Below, in pieces: positions 28,207 through 35,298 of a DNA stretch of 59,538 nt (within the stretch, counting starts at the first letter, position 1; every line of letters starts with the position of its first letter). The notes below the pieces were generated by a model that worked only from the letters and a program-made list of their open reading frames with translations, did not search any database and was not told the origin of the DNA. The position numbers and the translations under genes were made by a program. The DNA is from a virus: positions 1 through 59,538 of the IMG/VR virus record IMGVR_UViG_3300028888_000014, one strand, 5' to 3'.

Positions 28207-28710
28207 CTATCTGAGGATTTCATCTTCGAGGCTCTTGAGTTTGCTTTCAATCTTGGTATCCAGCCACTCGCAGAACTCCTTCAGGATTTCCCTGTTGGAG
28301 ATGTTGAACATGTCCTTGAACTCGGCGTTGTACCCTACCGAGGCAAGTTTCCTCAGCGTCAGCTTGCAGAAGTCCACCTCGAAGTCCTTGGATTTCTCCA
28401 GCTTCGATTTGAGTTCCTTCAGTTCCTCCCTTGTGTTAAGGAGTACCTGTCGTTTCTTCGAGGCTTCTTCCCTTTCCTTGCCCTCTTCGATGATTTTCTT
28501 GATCATCCGTTCGCGTTCCGCCGGGTCTTGCATTAAGTTTGCCGGCTTCGTCGCTGGTACTATCTCCGTGCCCTTTGAGTCTGCCGCGGCTCCTGCGATG
28601 GCCTCTGCAATCTGCTCTTTCGTCTTTGCGAGGTCTTTCGAATCAAGCACCACAGCGGTTGTTTCGATGGTGTTGTTCTGGTTCTTGCTGGTTTCGTTGT
28701 TTTTCTTCAT
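28207..28710 (-). CDS. Hypothetical coiled-coil-rich protein (167 aa), first gene of the leftward accessory operon
   Basis: ATG start, E/K-rich sequence, preceded by a conserved 25-bp leader motif. Confidence 0.55.
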   Translation of the reverse strand: MKKNNETSKNQNNTIETTAVVLDSKDLAKTKEQIAEAIAGAAADSKGTEIVPATKPANLMQDPAERERMIKKIIEEGKEREEASKKRQVLLNTREELKELKSKLEKSKDFEVDFCKLTLRKLASVGYNAEFKDMFNISNREILKEFCEWLDTKIESKLKSLEDEILR

Positions 28711-29122
28711 TTTGATTGTTGCCTGTGTTATCCTCTTGGCTCGTGAGTTTTTTTGTTGGATTTTTTTTGTTTGGCTTTTCAGTTTGCCGCGCCCGAAATC
28801 CTTCGCGGGCGGCTGGCGCGTGCGCCTGCCCGCTGCTGTTGTCGTCCGCCCTGTGGCGGTGCTTTGGTCTTCCCGATACTGGCGGCCTCGCGGTTCCCGC
28901 CCTGCCTCCGTGCCGCACTTCTCGCGGTGGCTTCTTTGTTGCTTCGATGCGGTTTCAGTCTTTCAATGAACGGACCCGAAAAAATTCGGGTTGGGTCGCG
29001 GCGGGGTCCTGGTACACTCTTTTTGTTTTGTCCTTTTCTGCTTCTTTAGTTGTCCGGTGCGTTTCCCGCTTTCGCCGTTGTCGCGGGGTGTCGGTGCTGT
29101 GCCTCAACCCTTTAACAATGCA

Positions 29123-29130
29123 CAAATATA
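29123..29130 (-). promoter_or_regulatory. -7 promoter box (TATATTTG) of the leftward early promoter
   Basis: The reverse complement of caaatata matches TAnnTTTG. Operator O1 lies 11 nt upstream. Confidence 0.5.
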
Positions 29131-29141
29131 CAAAAATTATT

Positions 29142-29161
29142 GATACTGTCAACACACAATC
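29142..29161. promoter_or_regulatory. Operator O1: 20-bp dyad GATacTGTcaacACAcaATC
   Basis: Fits GAT-N2-TGT-N4-ACA-N2-ATC; one of three copies. Confidence 0.65.
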
Positions 29162-29186
29162 AAAAATATTTTTATCTTTTTCAGTC

Positions 29187-29206
29187 GATAATGTCAATAC
29201 ATAATC
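29187..29206. promoter_or_regulatory. Operator O2: 20-bp dyad GATaaTGTcaatACAtaATC
   Basis: Same dyad pattern, 10 nt upstream of the -7 box at 29217 and 45 bp centre-to-centre from O1. Confidence 0.65.
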
Positions 29207-29216
29207 AAAAAAGTCT

Positions 29217-29224
29217 TATCTTTG
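29217..29224 (+). promoter_or_regulatory. -7 promoter box (TATCTTTG) for the RHH gene
   Basis: Matches TAnnTTTG, 19 nt upstream of the ATG at 29244. Confidence 0.55.
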
Positions 29225-29243
29225 CCGCCTCAAACAAACAGCA

Positions 29244-29465
29244 ATGGACGAAAAAAAAGTTTCCGAGAAAAAAGCCTCCCGCGGCGGTCGCCGCGAAAAC
29301 GCGGGGCGCAAAGCCCCCGACGGGAAAAAGGCCGTGAATCTGAACATCCGCACAACTCCCGATTTTCGCGTAAAATTGAAAGATTTGGCGCAAAATGAAA
29401 AAATGAGCGTATCGGATTTCTTGCGGTTTCTCGTCACTGACTACGAGAGGCGGAAAAATTCTTGA
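29244..29465 (+). CDS. Ribbon-helix-helix DNA-binding protein (73 aa), candidate switch regulator
   Basis: Basic N-terminal tail (SRGGRRENAGRK), then VNLNIRTTPDFRVKLKDLAQNEKMSVSDFLRFLV, which fits a strand-helix-helix RHH fold. Operators flank it. Confidence 0.6.
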   Translation: MDEKKVSEKKASRGGRRENAGRKAPDGKKAVNLNIRTTPDFRVKLKDLAQNEKMSVSDFLRFLVTDYERRKNS

Positions 29466-29469
29466 TTGG

Positions 29470-29510
29470 AGCGGGCGCGGCTGTGATGGCTTCGCCCGCT
29501 TTTGTTTTTT
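29470..29510 (+). terminator. Rho-independent terminator after the RHH gene
   Basis: 8-bp stem agcgggcg/cgcccgct followed by tttgtttttt. Confidence 0.65.
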
Positions 29511-29562
29511 CTGCTTTTTCGTGATTGTTAGTTTATGGATTTGCAACTCCTTTAAAGTCAAT

Positions 29563-29592
29563 AAAAAAAGCTCGGCGCGGTTAACGCGCCGA
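29563..29592 (-). terminator. Orphan minus-strand rho-independent terminator
   Basis: Stem tcggcgcg/cgcgccga, with an A run on the + strand, which is a T run on the - strand. No annotated - strand CDS ends here. Confidence 0.55.
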
Positions 29593-29728
29593 TACTTTAT
29601 GTATAAAGTCGCCCGCCTCACGCCCTACCCCGTGAGGCGCGCGCCCGCACCCCCGAACACGCAAATATGAGAGGCTGCACAGCGTCACACAGCAGCCGCC
29701 ACAGTGACTGACACAACGAGCCGCGCCC

Positions 29729-29891
29729 CGATGGCGACCAGCACCACGGCGGCAGGGCTGGACGGATGGCGACCAGCACCACGGCGGCAGGGCTGGACGG
29801 ATGGCGACCAGCACCACGGCGGCAGGGCTGGACGGACGGCGACAAGCACCACGGCGGCACGGCTGGACAGACGGCGACCACCGCCACGGCA
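29729..29891. repeat. 35-bp GC-rich tandem repeat, about 4.6 copies, non-coding
   Basis: Units start at 29729, 29764, 29799, 29834 and 29869 (gatggcgaccagcaccacggcggcagggctggacg). The period is not a multiple of 3. Confidence 0.9.
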
Positions 29892-29954
29892 GATAAATAT
29901 AATTTCCTTATATTCAGTATGTTATAAAAACAATTGTTTGTATAATGCTGATAT

Positions 29955-30091
29955 TCAATTTGTTATAAGCTATAAAAAACCGCGTTCGATTTTTGCAAGA
30001 AAAACCCGATTTTGCGCGACTCGTTGATTATCAGTGAATTATAATTTATTGATAATCAATTTGTTATACTAAAAAATACGGATTTTTGCAG
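29955..30091. repeat. AT-rich region with two imperfect direct repeats of about 40 bp (tcaatttgttata ... gatttttgca)
   Basis: Copies at 29955-29995 and 30056-30091, about 100 bp apart, read directly from the sequence. Confidence 0.7.
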
Positions 30092-30194
30092 ATATGACAC
30101 CCACGGAAACGGCACACGATATTTTTTTTGTTTATTATGTTGTAACTAATTGAAACACAGATAAATAAAAACAATAAAAAGATAAAAATAATTT

Positions 30195-30214
30195 TGATTA
30201 TGTGTTGACAATAT
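30195..30214. promoter_or_regulatory. Operator O3: 20-bp dyad GATtaTGTgttgACAatATC
   Basis: Same dyad pattern as O1 and O2, 11 nt upstream of the -7 box at 30226. Confidence 0.65.
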
Positions 30215-30225
30215 CAAATAAAATA

Positions 30226-30233
30226 CTATCTTT
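30226..30233 (+). promoter_or_regulatory. -7 promoter box (TATCTTTG) of the rightward early operon
   Basis: Matches TAnnTTTG, upstream of CDS 30364-30927. Confidence 0.55.
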
Positions 30234-30363
30234 GTAGTGGGTTGATACAACGACAGCCCGCCCGCGTTCCTTGACATATTGACAGAGCGACACCAATTTT
30301 TTTTCAACATATCAAATTTTCCTTTAAAAGTCTTGGGGGTGTGTGGATAACCCCCGCAATAGT

Positions 30364-30927
30364 ATGACTTACACAGAATCAGTTAACAGAGCACGCAGAA
30401 GTAACACGGACAACCGCCTCGCAAACTTGCAGGCCGTGACCAACGCCGCCCGCCGCGCACACAAAAACGTGAGCGCGAATGAGGCCATCGCCCTTTATTG
30501 CGGCGTAAATTTCCGAAATCTTCGGAGTTATAGACAATGTGTTGACGAAATCGGCCTAACGCCCGAACAGATTCACACGCTCCCCACAATTGACATTTGG
30601 GGGGCAAACAGCCCCGAATGGTGCGAACGGACGGGCGCGGCGCGGTTTTTCCCGAAAGCGGCTTTCGACTGCACGAACTTTCTAAAAGTTGACAACCACG
30701 ACCCTGCCGCCGACATTCCCGCCGAACCGATGGACAACACCGCCACCGCGCCAACGTCCGACCTGCTGAGCAGGTCGCAGGAAGCGGAGGACATCGCCGA
30801 CAGTTTTTTTGACGGCGAAACGCCCGCCACGGCGGAAACGCCCAAGGCGGCAAAGAAGCGCGGCGGGCGCGGCAAGAAATCAGCCGCCCCCGTGGAGGTC
30901 GCCACGGTTGACGACCTGCCGTTTTAA
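30364..30927 (+). CDS. Hypothetical early protein (187 aa from ATG 30364; the track start at 30343 is GTG)
   Basis: First ORF after the promoter at 30226. The C-terminus is basic (KAAKKRGGRGKK); no motif recognised. Confidence 0.5.
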   Translation: MTYTESVNRARRSNTDNRLANLQAVTNAARRAHKNVSANEAIALYCGVNFRNLRSYRQCVDEIGLTPEQIHTLPTIDIWGANSPEWCERTGAARFFPKAAFDCTNFLKVDNHDPAADIPAEPMDNTATAPTSDLLSRSQEAEDIADSFFDGETPATAETPKAAKKRGGRGKKSAAPVEVATVDDLPF

Positions 30928-31069
30928 ACCGTTGCGGTGGTTGGGATTCCCCGACCACCGCAACCAGCCCACCTGCCGGACGGCCCGCCAGGGCCTTGAC
31001 CGGCAGGTACAAACCAAAATCCTTTTCAAAAAAAAAGATCCGCGCAGCGGACCGCAACGATAAATTTAT

Positions 31070-31077
31070 TATCTTTG
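31070..31077 (+). promoter_or_regulatory. -7 promoter box (TATCTTTG)
   Basis: Matches TAnnTTTG, 66 nt upstream of the ATG at 31144. Confidence 0.45.
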
Positions 31078-31103
31078 CAAAACAAAACAAACGAATAATA
31101 ATT

Positions 31104-31162
31104 AAACTGACGGGCCGACAGGATAAAACAGGCGACAGACATTATGACAAACAACAGCGACA
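31104..31162 (+). repeat. Copy A of the duplicated leader plus start region (aaactgacgGgccgacaggataaa...cattATGacaaacaacagcgaca)
   Basis: About 57-59 bp, near-identical to 31436-31492; spans the 5-prime UTR and the first 6 codons (MTNNSD). Confidence 0.85.
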
Positions 31163-31419
31163 GCAAAAAAAATCTGAAAACTTTCAGCGAAAAAGCGAGA
31201 GAGTTTTACAACAAACTCAACCAGTTTGTTTCCGAGAACGGCGACACCAGTTATTGCGATCTCCTATTCTCGAATCATGACGGGAAAGGTGATGCTGCAG
31301 CCGCAGCGGAACTGATGCAGTTGAAATACGAAATCAATGGAATAGCCAAGGGCTGCGAGATGTTGATCAAAAACGTTGATTTAGCCTTGGAAGTTTACGA
31401 CGAAAGCGAAGCATTATAA
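31144..31419 (+). CDS. Hypothetical small protein (91 aa), starts MTNNSD
   Basis: ATG start, ordinary composition. Confidence 0.55.
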   Translation: MTNNSDSKKNLKTFSEKAREFYNKLNQFVSENGDTSYCDLLFSNHDGKGDAAAAAELMQLKYEINGIAKGCEMLIKNVDLALEVYDESEAL

Positions 31420-31435
31420 GACATCAATCACATAA

Positions 31436-31492
31436 AAACTGACGAGCCGACAGGATAAACTGGCAAGAACATTATGACAAACAACAGCGACA
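31436..31492 (+). repeat. Copy B of the duplicated leader plus start region
   Basis: Near-identical to 31104-31162. Confidence 0.85.
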
Positions 31493-31890
31493 ACAGAATC
31501 GTGGTGGCATTCCACATCGGCCGCGGAGGCCAATTCTACAACCCTGGTCACAAGACCTACAAGGGCGAAATCAATTTCACGCAGCTGTGCAATTCACAGA
31601 ATCAGTACCTAAATGTAGTAAACCGCGACAGCAACGGGCGGTTCTGCCGTCCGTACCTCTCCGATGACGGTGGAAGCGTGGTCGTCACTCCGGAGGACTA
31701 CGGCAAGGAAGTCGGCACCATCGACTATGACGGAACCTACGACATGTGGGTTTGCAAGTACATAGAAGACTGCGACAATGAAGAACTAATGATGATCTAT
31801 CAAGCTGGGGAAACCAGGACAGAAGCATTCGATTTCGCGAAGAACAAACTTAGCGAAGATGGGATGAGCAACGATGCGCAAATAAGTTAA
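31474..31890 (+). CDS. Hypothetical protein (138 aa), starts MTNNSD
   Basis: ATG start, ordinary composition. Confidence 0.55.
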   Translation: MTNNSDNRIVVAFHIGRGGQFYNPGHKTYKGEINFTQLCNSQNQYLNVVNRDSNGRFCRPYLSDDGGSVVVTPEDYGKEVGTIDYDGTYDMWVCKYIEDCDNEELMMIYQAGETRTEAFDFAKNKLSEDGMSNDAQIS

Positions 31891-31936
31891 AGCAAATAAC
31901 ATCCAAAAAAATATATTACACTTAAAAATCAAGATT

Positions 31937-32233
31937 ATGAAAAAAATTTATGTCATTATCACGGACAAAAAAGAATTTGAAATTTATCTAAAAAGAGATA
32001 ACGCGAACAAAAATCGCGACGAGAAAAGAAACGCAGGAATAAAATGCGACGTGTATATAGTATCAGTTTATGAGGACGAAATATATGTCCCAATGAAACG
32101 TAATAATAGATGGATTATCTATAATAGGCCGAAACATGAAGTAATGTTCGACGGATTTGGTTATGAATTCTGCAATAAACTTAGCAAGGTACTCAACGAT
32201 ATATCTCACCATCGTATCGATGTCGACGAGTAG
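31937..32233 (+). CDS. Hypothetical protein (98 aa), AT-rich
   Basis: ATG start, K/N/Y-rich low-GC gene. Confidence 0.5.
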   Translation: MKKIYVIITDKKEFEIYLKRDNANKNRDEKRNAGIKCDVYIVSVYEDEIYVPMKRNNRWIIYNRPKHEVMFDGFGYEFCNKLSKVLNDISHHRIDVDE

Positions 32234-32240
32234 AAATAAA

Positions 32241-32636
32241 ATGAAACGCTATAAAATCACCATCATTTTCAAGGACGGCACGCGGTCGGAGAACCGCGTG
32301 ACCGCCCGGAACCAGAAGGATGCCGTCGCGCGGCTGATGAACAACGACCAGTTCCGCGCCTTCAGCGACGGCAAGGCGGTGGACAGCATCGGCGTGAAGC
32401 CCATCCCCATCGAGCCCGTGGACGATACCAGGTTCACCGTCCGCACCATCCGCAACAAGAGCGGATGGTACATCGTCGAAGACTCCGTGACCGGAATCCG
32501 GGTAGAGTGGAAGAGGGGGATGTACAACGAGACCAACCGGCCTTTGCTGACCGAAGATCTGACGGCCCTTGAAAAAGCTACCGCACTCCGTGAGATCGGC
32601 GAGTACCTCTACAGCAACTTCCGGGAACTCCTTTGA
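32241..32636 (+). CDS. Hypothetical protein (131 aa from ATG 32241)
   Basis: The upstream part of the track ORF overlaps the previous gene. MKRYKITIIFKDG is a plausible start. Confidence 0.5.
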   Translation: MKRYKITIIFKDGTRSENRVTARNQKDAVARLMNNDQFRAFSDGKAVDSIGVKPIPIEPVDDTRFTVRTIRNKSGWYIVEDSVTGIRVEWKRGMYNETNRPLLTEDLTALEKATALREIGEYLYSNFRELL

Positions 32637-32661
32637 GTTTGGAAGGAAATTTGATATGTGG

Positions 32662-32695
32662 AAGGGCGTGCCGAACGGCGCGCCCTTTTGGTTTT
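32662..32695. terminator. Terminator hairpin between convergent operons
   Basis: Stem aagggcg/cgccctt followed by ttttggtttt, lying between the stop at 32636 (+) and the terL stop at 32695 (-). Confidence 0.55.
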
Positions 32696-34425
32696 CAGCC
32701 CATGCTCGTGCGGATGAACGGCCGCACCTTCCTGCCCACGGTGTCGCCGTATTTGGTCCAAGCCAGCTTATCAATTGCGTCGGAGAAGTGCGTGGCCTCC
32801 TCGGGCAGCACGCCCGAGGTGGGCTTCTCCGAGCGCTTGTCCTTCTTGAAGACGTTGCCTCCATAGACCATCCGGGCGTTGTTCATTGAGATGAGCGTGT
32901 AGCGGCAGCGGTTGCCGTTGATCCGGAACCGTACGGGGCACGACGGCCTCTCGGAGAGGATCTCCTGCCACAGCAGGTGCTTGTCGCTCATCGGCGGCTC
33001 GCCGCGCCGGTGCACCCTGGCGACCACGTTCCAGCCGTTGCGGCGGAAGATGTCCATGGCCTGCTCGTTGTAGGAGCGGGAGTTGACGACGTTGGGGTTT
33101 CTGTGGTCGCCGTAGCGGTCGCGGTAGTAGTACAGCGTCCTGTTGCGGTGGCCGGCGTAGTAGCGGCAGAACCGGTTGCAGATGTCGTCGATGACGGTGT
33201 CCGAGCCGTCCGGCTTGGCGAAGAACTCGTTGATCTGGTAGAGGTAGTCGCCCCGGAAGCCGGCCTCCGGCTCGTAGCCTGGTGTGGCCGCGACGAACGG
33301 AAGCTCCAGCCTGTAGGTCTGGCAGACCACGAACAGCGAGATCTGCGAGCCCCAGTCGGGGGCGATTTCCAGCGGCCGGTCGGGGTCGTAGTCGCGGTCG
33401 AACCTGGCGCTCTCGATCTTGCCAGTAAACCCGAGTTCGGCGTGGGAGGTGAGCCCCGCCTCCTCCATGGCCTTGACGTCGTAGCCGGTGTAATAGACGT
33501 GCCGCTGCTCGTCCAGGTTGTAGAAGCAGTCCTCGACCCTCTCCACGTAGAGGTTGAGGATTTCGATGAGGAACTCGAGGTTGGTGAGCGCGTCGCGCTG
33601 GTCCTTGATGTACTTGAGCCCGATGTTGGCCAGGTTGTCGAAGGCGTTGGCCACGTAGAACAGGGTGCCGTCGTCGGAGAGGCGCGGCGGCATCAGTTTC
33701 CGGACATTCTCGATGTCGTTCCAGCACTCGGCGAACTCTTTCGCGTCGCCGGTGTCCAGCAGCTGCTGCTGCAGGTGGACGATGCGGTTCCAGACCTGCA
33801 TGATCTCGATGCCGAACCTCTCGCGGTAGTATTCCGCGAACTTGAAGATCCAGCGGCCCTCCCGCGTGTAGGGCATGGAGGTGGTGAGGTCGAAGCCGTG
33901 GTGCAGGTGGCAGGCGTGGTGTGCGCCCTTGCCGAAGTGCTCCAGGTTGCCGCGGTTGGTCGGGAAAGCCACTTTGAGCAGCTTCTGCTCGCTGAGCAGG
34001 AGCACCTCGTCGGCCATGATCTTGTCCACGTTGACGCCGCGCATGTTGTCGCTTTCCGTCTGCGAGAACATGGCCATCTTGCAGCCGTTGGCCACGGAGA
34101 TGCAGTTCTCGTACTTTTCGATTTTGCCGTAGCTGTCCTCCCACCTTTCAGGCGGGCGGCGGTTGACCACGTAGTTGCCGTCCTTGACGTAGCCGAACTT
34201 GTCCAGGGCCGACAGCATGGTCTGGAAGGTGCCGGTGTAGCCCACGCCGAAGGTCTTGACCGGCATCCCGATCATGCATCTGGGCATGAGGCGTATGGCC
34301 TCGTCCAGGCGTTGGCCGAGGATCCACGACTTTCCGGTGGCGCGGCCGCACACCAGCACGAGGCTGCGGGGCGCCAGCACCTTGCACATCAGCTGTATCC
34401 TGTTGACCGGGATGTTGATTTCCAT
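32695..34425 (-). CDS. terL: Terminase large subunit
   Basis: 576 aa. Walker A-like VCGRATGKS, Walker B-like VDKIMADEV, and a C-terminal region of nuclease-domain size. Confidence 0.85.
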   Translation of the reverse strand: MEINIPVNRIQLMCKVLAPRSLVLVCGRATGKSWILGQRLDEAIRLMPRCMIGMPVKTFGVGYTGTFQTMLSALDKFGYVKDGNYVVNRRPPERWEDSYGKIEKYENCISVANGCKMAMFSQTESDNMRGVNVDKIMADEVLLLSEQKLLKVAFPTNRGNLEHFGKGAHHACHLHHGFDLTTSMPYTREGRWIFKFAEYYRERFGIEIMQVWNRIVHLQQQLLDTGDAKEFAECWNDIENVRKLMPPRLSDDGTLFYVANAFDNLANIGLKYIKDQRDALTNLEFLIEILNLYVERVEDCFYNLDEQRHVYYTGYDVKAMEEAGLTSHAELGFTGKIESARFDRDYDPDRPLEIAPDWGSQISLFVVCQTYRLELPFVAATPGYEPEAGFRGDYLYQINEFFAKPDGSDTVIDDICNRFCRYYAGHRNRTLYYYRDRYGDHRNPNVVNSRSYNEQAMDIFRRNGWNVVARVHRRGEPPMSDKHLLWQEILSERPSCPVRFRINGNRCRYTLISMNNARMVYGGNVFKKDKRSEKPTSGVLPEEATHFSDAIDKLAWTKYGDTVGRKVRPFIRTSMG

Positions 34426-34428
34426 GGG

Positions 34429-35007
34429 CTACGAGTTGAGGATTTCCGCCGCCTGCGCCTCGGTCAGGCTGTTGGGCATCGATCCCAGCAGCCGCTCGCG
34501 GTCGGCGGGTTTGAGGTGGAGGATGTCCGCCTCGGAATAGACGATCCGGCGGTTGTCGGTGTTGAAGACGATGTTGATCTGGTTGCGCTCCACCAGGTGC
34601 GGGTCTATCTCCACCGGCGGCTGCGCCTTGAGCCAGGCCCCGAGCGTCTGCAGGTTCCGCGCCTTGACGGCCTCCGACGCCCCGGGGTTGCTGATCTCCT
34701 TGAGCAGGGTGTCCACGAACCAGCCTTCCAGGAAGTCGCGGTCCACCTTTTCGGAGACGTTCCACAGCCTGGTTGCGGACTGGATGTCCACGCGGGCCTG
34801 CGCCAGCGAGATCTCCGGGTAGCGGGACTGCAGCATCTTGGCGGCCACGTAGGGGCGCGGGTACTTGCGCAGGATGGCGTGCGCCGTGCGCCAGCGCTCC
34901 AGGACGGCCTTCTGGTCGTCCCTGAGCTCCACGTCCGTCGTGCCGCTGTAGTAGAGCGCGATGGCGTTGTAGTTTTCCTCGTTCGCTTGTGCAAGTGATT
35001 TCTTCAT
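34429..35007 (-). CDS. Possible terminase small subunit (192 aa)
   Basis: Position only, 3 nt upstream of terL. Confidence 0.35.
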   Translation of the reverse strand: MKKSLAQANEENYNAIALYYSGTTDVELRDDQKAVLERWRTAHAILRKYPRPYVAAKMLQSRYPEISLAQARVDIQSATRLWNVSEKVDRDFLEGWFVDTLLKEISNPGASEAVKARNLQTLGAWLKAQPPVEIDPHLVERNQINIVFNTDNRRIVYSEADILHLKPADRERLLGSMPNSLTEAQAAEILNS

Positions 35008-35010
35008 TCC

Positions 35011-35298
35011 CTATTCCTCCCAGATGTCGGTGTTCTCGTACTCGCTCTGCCGGAAGAACTCCAGCATCTTCTCGATTGCGGGGGTGGATGAGTTGAGGGC
35101 GGAGGCCATGAGCGTCCTCCTGAGATCGACCTTGCCCTGGATCCTTCCTGCCGTGTACGCGGAATAGAGTTCGCCGCGTTTTTCCGTGAACTGCGCGAAA
35201 ACCTCTTTCTCGGGCAGTTCCATCAGCTGCGCGACCGCCGAGATGGGGAAGCCGAGCTTTCCGAGTTCGAACACGCTGTCATGTTGTTCATTCGTCAT
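35011..35298 (-). CDS. Small HTH-like protein (95 aa from ATG 35298)
   Basis: GFPISAVAQLMELPEKEV resembles a helix-turn-helix. The track N-terminus is a shadow frame, and AAAGGAG lies upstream of the ATG. Confidence 0.4.
   Translation of the reverse strand: MTNEQHDSVFELGKLGFPISAVAQLMELPEKEVFAQFTEKRGELYSAYTAGRIQGKVDLRRTLMASALNSSTPAIEKMLEFFRQSEYENTDIWEE

Noticed and set aside
28643-29197. ORFs 28643-28918 (-), 28955-29197 (-), 28716-29204 (+) and 28753-29049 (+) in the leader region.
   Set aside because: They have shadow-type composition, cross the promoter or operators or overlap the 167-aa gene out of frame, and lack a plausible start context.
29729-29891. The 35-bp repeats considered as a CRISPR array.
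   Set aside because: The units are directly adjacent with no spacers, and no cas genes are present. It is a simple tandem repeat.
29581-30027. ORFs 29581-29817 (-), 29618-29887 (-) and 29704-30027 (+) spanning the tandem array.
   Set aside because: The repeat period is 35 bp, not a multiple of 3, so each unit is read in a different frame. The composition is Arg/Pro/Gly/Trp-rich, and there is no start context.
30201-30233. A sigma-70-type promoter reading of O3 (TTGACA at 30204-30209 with TATCTT 16 nt downstream).
   Set aside because: The TTGACA is part of the dyad operator pattern shared with O1 and O2, where it is not conserved (O2 has caatac). The downstream element fits the Bacteroidota TAnnTTTG box better than TATAAT.
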